In this document: piece after piece, positions 40,050-48,300 of the stretch
Position numbering within the stretch: the stretch's first letter is position 1
Layout: every line of letters begins with the position of its first letter
NCBI GenBank assembly: GCA_964603155.1
Contig: CAZRTZ010000003.1
Location: 85-64,084, forward strand
Source of the DNA: an uncultured Geobacteraceae bacterium
GTDB taxonomy: Bacteria > Desulfobacterota > Desulfuromonadia > Desulfuromonadales > BM103
Reading direction: 5' to 3'
Length of the DNA: 64,000 nt
Notes under the pieces: model-generated
What the model saw: only the letters and a program-made list of their open reading frames with translations
The model's database searches: none
What the model was told of the DNA's origin: nothing
Made by a program: the position numbers and the translations under genes

Positions 40050-40622
40050 TTATTTGGAGTCAACGAACCGATAGGTCAGGACCTTGGTCGAAATTTCGAT
40101 GACCGCCTGATTCCCGGCAATCTTTGCATTTCCCATCGTCAAGTTATTCAGATTAACAATCCTCGGCAGATCACTGACCGCCCCGGCGAACAGAGCGACG
40201 TTGTGATAGGTGCCTCGCAACCTGAGATCCGCAGGGACTTCAGCGAAGAAGCCCTTGGGGACCTCCGCAGCCGGTTTGAACTCCAGAACTTCGAGACCAT
40301 TGTCCTTGGCCAGCCCTGCCAGATTGGTCAGCAGCGAAGGGATTTCGCTCTGGTTGGGCAAACGCGTCAAGGCCGCTTCGAAACGCTTCTCCATCTTGGC
40401 GAATTCCGCCTTGTATTTCGCCAGGTTGTTGGCCAGCAGGCGCTTTTCAGCGATCTCCGCATCGAGCTTTTGCGCCTCCTGCTTCAACTGCTCCATTTCT
40501 TCGTACATGGGCATCCCGACGAACCAGACCAGCAAACCGACAATCAGCAACAATACAGAGCCGAGCATGGCCAGCCGTTTGTAAAGTGGCAGCTTCAGCA
40601 GCTTTTCAACGCGTGGATTCAT
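40050..40622 (-). CDS. pilO: Type IV pilus assembly protein PilO
   Basis: 190 aa. One TM segment plus coiled coil (EEMEQLKQEAQKLDAEIAEKR); synteny. Confidence 0.85.
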   Translation of the reverse strand: MNPRVEKLLKLPLYKRLAMLGSVLLLIVGLLVWFVGMPMYEEMEQLKQEAQKLDAEIAEKRLLANNLAKYKAEFAKMEKRFEAALTRLPNQSEIPSLLTNLAGLAKDNGLEVLEFKPAAEVPKGFFAEVPADLRLRGTYHNVALFAGAVSDLPRIVNLNNLTMGNAKIAGNQAVIEISTKVLTYRFVDSK

Positions 40623-40645
40623 AATTCTGGGCTCCGGACGGTTGA

Positions 40646-41248
40646 TCAGGTTCCTTGCGGAGCGGCTTTAGCCTTCTTGCCGTCCACCGGAACAGTCACA
40701 TCGACTTTCTTGTTTTCCAGATCGCACTCGATGTCGAATTTATTCAACTTGACCCCATCCTTGACCGTCTGCTGCGTACCCTTCAGGGTGATGTTGGCAA
40801 AGGCGCTGGAAAGATCGAGATTGCGCATGAACAGAGCCACCGTCTCCTCATTGATCCCGTAACCGGAAAGGTTGGCCTTCAGCCCGTTTTCCTTGAAGGA
40901 GTCGATCCAGAGTTTGTCAGGCAGAGCTTTATAGAGTTCATCCAGAAGGATGATCGGCCCGCTCCGCGATTTTTCCAGCTTGTCGAGCACATCCAGCTTG
41001 GCCTGCAGCGCCTCCTGGCGCTTCTTGAATTCGTTGGCCTCGCCGATGGTCTTCATCAACCGGGTGATTTCCATCTTCTTGTCTTCCACGCTGGTGCGCG
41101 CCTCATCGACCCAGGTAAGCATCTGGATATAGGCCAACGCGCACAAACCCAGGGTCACCAGCAGCGAAACCCCGGCCACAACCAGCTGCCCCTTAAGCTT
41201 TTCCTTCTTTTGCGCAGCCTTGACTGGAAGTAGATTGATCCGGATCAT
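40646..41248 (-). CDS. pilN: Type IV pilus assembly protein PilN
   Basis: 200 aa. The MIRINLLP N-terminal motif is diagnostic of PilN; one TM segment. Confidence 0.88.
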   Translation of the reverse strand: MIRINLLPVKAAQKKEKLKGQLVVAGVSLLVTLGLCALAYIQMLTWVDEARTSVEDKKMEITRLMKTIGEANEFKKRQEALQAKLDVLDKLEKSRSGPIILLDELYKALPDKLWIDSFKENGLKANLSGYGINEETVALFMRNLDLSSAFANITLKGTQQTVKDGVKLNKFDIECDLENKKVDVTVPVDGKKAKAAPQGT

Positions 41249-42300
41249 TTGTCTCCCACCCTTCTCATCGCCAGGCCAACCGCAACGGTAAAGAGCGGCC
41301 CGACAGACTGCAGGTAATCAGGGTCGAATGTTTTCTTGTTACTGGTAATCTGCCGCCACGGATCGAGCACTTGCACGTCGATCCCCAAACGCTGAGCCAG
41401 CGAAGTCCGAATAGCCGGCACCCTCGACACGCCACCCGTGATATAGATCCGCTTGGGACGTTCGTCGGCGGAGGAGGCCGAGAAAAAATCAAGAGAACGC
41501 TGGATATCGGTGGTCAGCACCTCGGTGGCATCCTCGATGACCGACGCCACAGTATTTGCCGAAACCCCCGGGAGTTCGCCTCCGAGCTTGACCTTTTCGG
41601 CATCCTCCCTGTTGAGGCCAAGACGCTTCTGCAACTCCTCGTTGTAGGAATTGCCCCCCAACTGAATGTCCCGGGTGAATACCGTCATCCCGCCCTTGAG
41701 GACATTGACGTTCAGGGAACTGGCCCCCAGATCGATCAACGCCACCACTTCATCGTCGCTGACCGGGTAGTTGGCCTCGAAGACGTTCGCCACGGCGAAA
41801 CAGTCGACGTCCATGACCACAGGGTTGAGGCCGCACTCTTTGAAAAGCGCGACATAGTCGTTGACGAAATCCTTTTTCGCGGCGACGAGGATCACGTTCA
41901 TCTGCGAGGAATCGTTGACGTCCGGGCCGAGGATCTGGAAATCGAGGTTGACCTCGGAGATTTCGAACGGGATGTACTGTTCGGCCTCCCACTGAATCGA
42001 GGACTCAAGCTCCTCCTCGGTCATGATCGGCATCTGAATCTTGCGGATAATAATCGAATGCCCCGAAACCGAGCTGGCGACATTTTTCTCCTTGATCTTG
42101 AGGCTCAAAAGAAGGTCGCGAATGGCACCGACCACCGCACTCGAATCCATGATGGCATTATCGACAATGGCATCGGAAGGGAGCGGGGTCATGCCGAGGT
42201 TCACCAGCTGGTAACCGCCGCGAACCTCCTTGAGCTGAACCAGCTTGACTGAGCTTGAGCCGATATCGATACCGACCAGATCTCTCTTTTTCTGTAACAC
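41245..42300 (-). CDS. pilM: Type IV pilus assembly ATPase-fold protein PilM
   Basis: 351 aa with a GTG start after GGGAG. LVGIDIGSSSVKLVQL, actin-like fold. Confidence 0.92.
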   Translation of the reverse strand: MLQKKRDLVGIDIGSSSVKLVQLKEVRGGYQLVNLGMTPLPSDAIVDNAIMDSSAVVGAIRDLLLSLKIKEKNVASSVSGHSIIIRKIQMPIMTEEELESSIQWEAEQYIPFEISEVNLDFQILGPDVNDSSQMNVILVAAKKDFVNDYVALFKECGLNPVVMDVDCFAVANVFEANYPVSDDEVVALIDLGASSLNVNVLKGGMTVFTRDIQLGGNSYNEELQKRLGLNREDAEKVKLGGELPGVSANTVASVIEDATEVLTTDIQRSLDFFSASSADERPKRIYITGGVSRVPAIRTSLAQRLGIDVQVLDPWRQITSNKKTFDPDYLQSVGPLFTVAVGLAMRRVGDK

Positions 42301-42394
42301 AATCGTTCTCCCTGGCGTTCGAAATTACCCGATCAGCGGAGCCTGCAACCTACAGCATTCGTGCCAACTAGATTAACATGTTTTACGATGACCG

Positions 42395-42592
42395 CTATTC
42401 GCTCGGGAAAACTTTCTCCCGCTCGGACAGCTTCAGTCCCAATGCCAGAATTATCTTGCGCTTGGTTGCCATACGACACTCGGCGCCGCTTTCGATGCGA
42501 TCGACGGTCACCGGCGACACCCCGGCCTTGCGCGCCAATTCCGCCTTGCTCATCAACTGAGTCTCGCGAATTTCCCGAACTAGATTGGCCAT
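42395..42592 (-). CDS. Small XRE-family helix-turn-helix transcriptional regulator
   Basis: 65 aa. LMSKAELARKAGVSPVTVDRIESG. Confidence 0.8.
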   Translation of the reverse strand: MANLVREIRETQLMSKAELARKAGVSPVTVDRIESGAECRMATKRKIILALGLKLSEREKVFPSE

Positions 42593-42625
42593 TTCACGAT
42601 CCTGCCATGCGCTGAATTTTCTGAA

Positions 42626-42673
42626 ATTATACGAAATTGAGTTTAATTATTGTTAAGTTGAAAATAATGTCAA
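42626..42673 (-). promoter_or_regulatory. AT-rich promoter region upstream of the XRE gene (and probably pilMNOPQ)
   Basis: Minus strand has TTGACA, a 17-nt spacer and ATAATT, plus a perfect TATAAT 13 nt further downstream. Confidence 0.4.
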
Positions 42674-42727
42674 GTAATTATGCCTAGATTTTTTGCCGCA
42701 TCAAAAGAAATTTCCATGTAAAAACAG

Positions 42728-42737
42728 GTAGATCTAC
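42728..42737. promoter_or_regulatory. Perfect 10-bp palindrome GTAGATCTAC upstream of the promoter (candidate operator)
   Basis: Read directly in the sequence, about 55 nt upstream of the -35 element. Confidence 0.25.
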
Positions 42738-42846
42738 AATATCGTGGGGAGAGGCCGCGAGGGCAACACAATATGGAGGGGTTTGAGGGGATAAATTTTT
42801 TTTGTGATCGCGGAGACCTGGGTTCGGAGTTCGGCGTGATCTTGAG

Positions 42847-42883
42847 CCTTCAACCTCGTACCCCGCACCTCGCATCCCGAACC
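42847..42883. repeat. Short-unit repeat-family member downstream of pilD
   Basis: Minus strand reads GGTTCGGGATGCGAGGTGCGGGGTACGAGGTTGAAGG. Confidence 0.45.
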
Positions 42884-42890
42884 TTTTTGC

Positions 42891-43706
42891 CTAACCCCAG
42901 AGGCTCTGCCACCAGTAAACAAAGATCTCACCGTACCAGCGTGCCACAGGATCGATCTTGTCGACGAAGAACAGGTAGATCAGTGCCGCCCCGGCGAGGA
43001 AAGGGCCGAAGGGGATGGCCAGTTTGCGCCCGGCCCGCTTGATCAGCATCAGCGGCACACCGACCAGGGTCCCCATGATCGAGGCCAGGAAGATGATCGG
43101 CAGAATGGCCGGCGCGCCGAGAAAGGCGCCGAGCATGGCCAGCAGCTTGACGTCGCCGAGTCCCATCCCCTCCTGTTTGGTCAGCCACTCGTAGCCAAGG
43201 GCAATCGCCAGCAGGATACCGCCGCCCAGGAGAATGCCGAGCAGCGACGACTGCCACGATACCCAGGGGAGCGCGAAGGTGCAGAGAAAACCGATCGGAA
43301 TGCCGGGGAGACTGATGACATCGGGGATGATCTGATGGTCGAGGTCGATCATGCTGATCGTCACCAGCGCCGCGACCAGCAGCCAGGCGACCGGCGTCGC
43401 CGGATGGAAGCCGAAGCGGTAAAAAAACAGGACGAACAGACCACCGGTCATGGCTTCGACCAGCGGGTAGCGGATCGAAAAGGGCTCGCTACAATAGGCG
43501 CAGCGCCCCTTGAGCAGGATCCAACTCAACACCGGCAGGTTGTGGTACCAGCGGATGGTGGTCAGGCAATGCGGGCAGCGGGAACGCGGGGCAACGACCG
43601 ATTCCCCTTCGGGAATGCGGTAGATGCAGACGTTGAGGAAGGAGCCGATGACCGCGCCGAGGAGAAAAGACGCTGAGAGCAGGTAGGCCAGTTGAGGATT
43701 AGTCAC
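42891..43706 (-). CDS. pilD: Prepilin peptidase / N-methyltransferase PilD (A24 family)
   Basis: 271 aa. CPHCLTTIRWYHNLPVLSW...GRCAYC zinc motif and catalytic Asp contexts (MIDLDHQIIPD, GLGDVKLLAMLGAFLG). Confidence 0.93.
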   Translation of the reverse strand: MTNPQLAYLLSASFLLGAVIGSFLNVCIYRIPEGESVVAPRSRCPHCLTTIRWYHNLPVLSWILLKGRCAYCSEPFSIRYPLVEAMTGGLFVLFFYRFGFHPATPVAWLLVAALVTISMIDLDHQIIPDVISLPGIPIGFLCTFALPWVSWQSSLLGILLGGGILLAIALGYEWLTKQEGMGLGDVKLLAMLGAFLGAPAILPIIFLASIMGTLVGVPLMLIKRAGRKLAIPFGPFLAGAALIYLFFVDKIDPVARWYGEIFVYWWQSLWG

Positions 43707-43720
43707 GACTGTCTATGGGA

Positions 43721-44011
43721 TCAGCAGGCCTTATCCAAATGCAGCGGCTCTACTTTGGGACGGGGCTTATGGATAACCTGCCAGAGATCCCATTTCATCT
43801 GATTGGCAAGCCAGGATTCCGGTGTTGTACCGGTCAGCAAGCCAACTCGAATCGCCATCTCAGCCGTCATGGCGGTATGTCCGTTCAGCAGACGAGAAAG
43901 ATGTGGGCGGGAAACGCCCAGCCTTGCCGCAATCTCCCCAATTGTCATTTCTTCCGGAAGAAACTCCCGTAAAACCTCTCCGGGATGCGCTGGATTATAC
44001 ATTCGTGCCAT
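43721..44011 (-). CDS. higA: HigA-family antitoxin (HTH)
   Basis: 96 aa. PAHPGEVLREFLPEEMTIGEIAARLGVSRPHLSRLLNG. Confidence 0.88.
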   Translation of the reverse strand: MARMYNPAHPGEVLREFLPEEMTIGEIAARLGVSRPHLSRLLNGHTAMTAEMAIRVGLLTGTTPESWLANQMKWDLWQVIHKPRPKVEPLHLDKAC

Positions 44012-44023
44012 GGTGTTGCTCCT

Positions 44024-44302
44024 TCAGTGATAATCCTGATAGTCAACCAATACTGCGTCCCCTCCCTCAAAGCGAAACGTCAAGCGCCAGTTGCCATTCA
44101 CCGTAATCGCCCAGTGGCCATTCAGCTCTCCGGATAACGAGTGTAGGCGCCAGCCCGGAGCGTTCATGTCATGAGGGGATAACGCGTCATCGAGACGAGT
44201 CAATTGAACGCGAAGTCGAGAAGCGTGATGTGGCTGAATACCCGCCCTTGACCCGGTCTCGAAAAACCTTTGCAATCCCTTATGGCAAAAGCTCTTGATC
44301 AC
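44024..44302 (-). CDS. higB: HigB-family toxin (RelE fold, plasmid maintenance system killer type)
   Basis: GTG start giving (M)IKSFCHKGLQRFFETGS...HWAITVNGNWRLTFRFEGGDAVLVDYQDYH. Toxin-first order is typical of higBA. Confidence 0.85.
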   Translation of the reverse strand: MIKSFCHKGLQRFFETGSRAGIQPHHASRLRVQLTRLDDALSPHDMNAPGWRLHSLSGELNGHWAITVNGNWRLTFRFEGGDAVLVDYQDYH

Positions 44303-44371
44303 GGGAGAATTGTAGCCTGTAAACGAACAGATAACAAGGGAAAGCACACGGGAAGCAAACGAGCGAGCAAG

Positions 44372-45274
44372 TTACCCCTTCGGCTCACCCAAGTTCAGAA
44401 CATACTCCTGGCGGTCTTCGCCGCCTTCGGGATCGCGCACCAGGATTTTAACCTCGTATTTACCGGCTTTCACCCCGGTCAGCGGCCAGGTGATCTTGCC
44501 GCCCTTGGTGATACTCATCCCCTGGGGTGGTTTTTCGAGGGAGAAGGTGAGCCGGTCGTTGTCGGGATCTTTGACTTTGACCTGGTAGGAATACTCAAGG
44601 GCCTCGAAACTGGCCGGCGGTTTCGAGACAATCTTCGGCGGCGCGCCGGGAACCGGCATGGCGTAGCTGCGATAGACCGGGCCTTCGGCAGTACCATCGA
44701 ACGGGGTGATCAGCACTTGCACCCGGTCGCCGCGCCGGTTGCGGTCAGCCGGAAGGACCGAATCGGTCAGCAGGGGATCGGCCTCGTCGTTGATCAGCCA
44801 CTGGTAGCGGAATTCGACCGAATCACCATCGGCATCCTCGGCGACCGGGGTCACCTCGACTTTCAAGCCGCTGCGCCAGTCCTTGGGAGTCGCCGAAATG
44901 CCGACCACCTTCGGAGGGGTGTTGGCGATGGTCACACTGGCCGTCCCTCCTACATCGGCCGTGCCGACCGTAACGGTTACCTGATCGCCACGCTTGTAGA
45001 CACCGCAAAGTTTGCCGGGTTCATCCGCCACGACCGGTTGCCCATTAACACTCCAAGCGATGCGGCCGCTCCCGGGTTGCCCCTTGATCATCACCTGCAG
45101 GCAATCGATAGCCGCAGGATTCTGGGGGAGCAGAGAGACAAAAACCCTGGCTGACGCAACAGCGGAAGTGGATGCCGGGGGAGAGGGAGCCGTCGATGAC
45201 GGCGCAGAGGGCTTTTCCCCGCAGGCCGCAAGTAAAACCAACAGCGGCAAAAGAAGATGGAGACGCATCACCAT
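44372..45274 (-). CDS. Lipoprotein with Ig-like/cadherin-like (He_PIG-type) modules, last gene of the minor-pilin operon
   Basis: Start MVMRLHLLLPLLVLLAAC (lipobox) after GGAGG. Internal repeat of a module of about 90 aa ending RGDQVTVTV / RGDRVQVLITP. C-terminal YSYQVKVKDPDNDRLTFSLEKPPQGMSI..GKITW. Confidence 0.6.
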   Translation of the reverse strand: MVMRLHLLLPLLVLLAACGEKPSAPSSTAPSPPASTSAVASARVFVSLLPQNPAAIDCLQVMIKGQPGSGRIAWSVNGQPVVADEPGKLCGVYKRGDQVTVTVGTADVGGTASVTIANTPPKVVGISATPKDWRSGLKVEVTPVAEDADGDSVEFRYQWLINDEADPLLTDSVLPADRNRRGDRVQVLITPFDGTAEGPVYRSYAMPVPGAPPKIVSKPPASFEALEYSYQVKVKDPDNDRLTFSLEKPPQGMSITKGGKITWPLTGVKAGKYEVKILVRDPEGGEDRQEYVLNLGEPKG

Positions 45275-45367
45275 AAAAACCTCCAGGATCATCACACAGG
45301 AATAAAACCGACCCGGTTGGAAGTATTGTACCAACCGGGTCGGCAAACGTCACATAATTTTAAGTGA

Positions 45368-48300
45368 TCAGTTGTTCCACTGCATCCAGTAGACCGGCGT
45401 GATCAGTTTGACATCCGGCGCCGCATAGGTACCGACGCGGTTACTGGCACTGATCATCATGGTCACCTTGCCGCTGGCATCCATCAAGGTCACGATCCCG
45501 GACGGGATCCCCTCGCCGAGGACACGGACCCGATCGGCCTTCATAAGGATCGCGCCGTCCTTGAGCGCCCGTTCATTCCCTGACGGGGCCGACTGGGTGT
45601 TGTCGGCCACGTAGTTATAAACCGCTTCACCCGTGCGGAAATCCAGGTGGTAAAGCCGGGAGGTACCGAGATTGCCGACCTCGCAGTTGCTCTGGCCGCT
45701 GGTGAGCGGAGCGTAGGTGGTGTAGAACGCCTGTCCGAAGAAGATCACCGGCGGGGCCAGCATCTTCTCGCCAGGATTTTCCAGGCGAATGTACCAGCCG
45801 TAGTTGCTATCGGCATACAGGGCATTGAACACGTTGTTGATCGCCGTACTGTCGGAACTCTCCTGCAGGGTGTTATCCGTCACATCAATCAGATTGCTTT
45901 CCGTTTTCACCCCCATGCCGTCGGCCGGATTGGCCAGACCCTGGCCGCGATCGAAGAGCATGTACATCCGATCGTGGGAGGCCAGGTTCAACGGGTGTTC
46001 ACGATCCCCGGTCCCGAAGTAGAGCATGGCATGACTGCCGTTGCGCGCCACAGACGGCCGGTAGAAGATCTTGTGCCCATTGGTCGAATCCGACCCGGGA
46101 TTGCTGCGGAAGATCACATCGCCGGTCCAATTCGCCTTCACCCCCTGCCGTACACCGGCAACCGTGGTCAGCGGCAGGTTGAAGCGCCACATCTGGCCGC
46201 CGGTATCCCCAACATAAATGCGATCGGCATAGCCGTCGTCATCCCAGTCGAGCACCGCCAGATCGGACGGGATGGAGAAGGTCAGGTTGGAATTGGTGGC
46301 GATGTTCGAGGCGTTGGTCGTGGTCGTACTCTCCCCATAGACATAGGCCCAGACCAGGTTCCCCGACTGTGAAAAACTCGGTACGTATTTCAGATTGGCA
46401 TCTTTGGACAGGGAGGCGATTTCGATCGCATACAAGCCCCGCCCCTTCGGATTGAGTTGTGAACCGCCGGTGGCCGAGGTCACCCCGGCATTGCTCACCC
46501 CCGGGTCACCATCGTTGGTCGCCACGGTGGTGTCGGTGTTGGTAATCGGGTTGACCGGACTGGACACCGTCGACACCGGGAAATTCTGGGTATTCCCCCA
46601 GCGCCGGTCCTCGTTGTTGTCGTAACCGGCACCGACGAACATGACCACCTTGTCGGTGGTGCCGTCCTTGACCTTGGCCAGGCGCGGCTGACTCCAGGTT
46701 TCACCAAGTTCGGAAAAGGTTCTCTGCCACATCCCTTTCGGGTTGAGCGGGTCGGTCACATCCAGTGCGTAATAGGCGCCGCGGGGGTCATTCGGTGTCA
46801 GATAGGCATTGCCACCGCCCCGGCGCAGACCAAAGAGTAAAACAACCTTGTCGCCGTTGTCAGGCTCGATATTACCGTCGCCGTCGTAGTCGTGGATATA
46901 GAGTGAAGGGGGGGCATCGACAAAGTATTCGTGTCCCTGCTGCGGATAATATCTGAGGTCATCGAGCAGCAGCGGCGGGATGAAGGCCCAGACCTCTTCG
47001 CCGTCGCAGTCGCGGAAGGCGTGCATCATGCCATCGTTGGCACCGACGAATATAAACGTCGTATTGTAACTGGAATTGGGAGGGGGCTGTCCGGTAGTGT
47101 GCGTTGGAATCGGCAGGGAGGTGCTCCCCGATGCGTAACAAGTCCCTTCCACATTGTCGGAGTACTTGGTGTAATTGAAAACCAGCGGTTTGGAGTGCAG
47201 GATATCACCCAGAATCCACTCGCGCTTCGCTGTTGTCGGATAAACCGGGCCGAGTGAATTGTACCCGTGCAGGTAATCGATCAGTCGGTCACGTGCCGCG
47301 TCATCCGCCACCCCCAGGGTTGCCGGGGTGATGCAGTTGCTGCCGCCGCAACTGGTATTGGCGGTGCTGAAGGCATTCTGGCTGGCCATCAGGTCGGGTT
47401 CGCCAGTCGTTACCGCGCTGTTCGAGGAACTGAGGAACGTGATGATCTTACGGGGGTTGGTAGAAAAATCACGAGCCAACAACGTCCCGCCGATGCCGCC
47501 GGCGTCGACGATGCCGCCGTCGCCGCCATCCGGATCGGGTGAAGCGTAACCCGTATCACCCGGACTCAGGTTCGGATTATAGCTTGGTGAAACCACGTTG
47601 CGCAGACGCGGGTCCTCGGCACTGAGAATCTTCTCGACACCAGCGAACGTCGCGGTTCCCCAGTAGGACTGGGAATAGATGAAGTCACCGGCCGTATTGG
47701 TCGCGCGGTGGCCGTGAACATCCAGGAGTTCGTTGCCGGAGCTGACCTTGTACTTCTTGAGGTTGCCGCGCCACGGCGCGTTGCTTTGTGGCTTGAACAG
47801 GCCAAGGTAAACCCGGTTACTGCTGATGGTGCGGTTGGTAGAACTGGCCGGGACAACCGGCGCGACGAAAGCGGTGTTCGACTCGCTGACAATGTTGACG
47901 ATAATCTCCTGAAGAGCCTTGGCCAGCTGTTCGGTATTGAACACATTATAGAAAGCGCCCCCCCCGTTGGTCGCTGTCCTGCGCATGAGGATGTCATCGT
48001 TCTGGAAGGCCAAGACTACGTGGGTGGTGATGCCGGGATTGTTCGGACCGTTGGGGACGCCGTTGACCGTCGCCTCGTGCTTCAGGAAATAGGCGACGTC
48101 GTCGATCCAGTGGGTGCCGAGACCGTAATCCTCCGAGTCGGTCTCATAGCCATCGCCGTCCCAGTCACCGATATCAGGCGTGTTGGTGTCCTGGTTGGGG
48201 AGCCCGTTGGTCAGGAAGATGATGTGGTTATAACCGCAAGGGTTGGGTTTGGCGACTTGGGCGTTGATGTTGATATCTTGTTTACTGAGAATCGCCCCGT

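Noticed and set aside
42301-42394. TTGGCACGAATGCTG upstream of pilM as a sigma-54 promoter
   Set aside because: The GG-N10-GC spacing is not satisfied, because GT rather than GC falls at the -12 position.
42805-42835. tRNA-like fragment (GGAGACCTGGGTTCGGAGTTCGG resembles a T-arm)
   Set aside because: I could not fold an acceptor stem, D-arm or anticodon arm around it. It is probably chance similarity or part of the short-unit repeat family.
42684-42931. Small minus-strand ORFs (63 and 65 aa) in the pilD-XRE gap, considered as a possible missing pilin or small protein
   Set aside because: No prepilin G/F-x-x-x-E motif, no RBS and biased composition. One overlaps the pilD 3' end, and the region is better explained as regulatory or repeat DNA.
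44372-45274. RGD tripeptides in the lipoprotein as integrin-type adhesion motifs
   Set aside because: RGD is a short motif that arises frequently by chance. Nothing in the sequence indicates a eukaryotic host context. It is kept only as a marker of the internal repeat.
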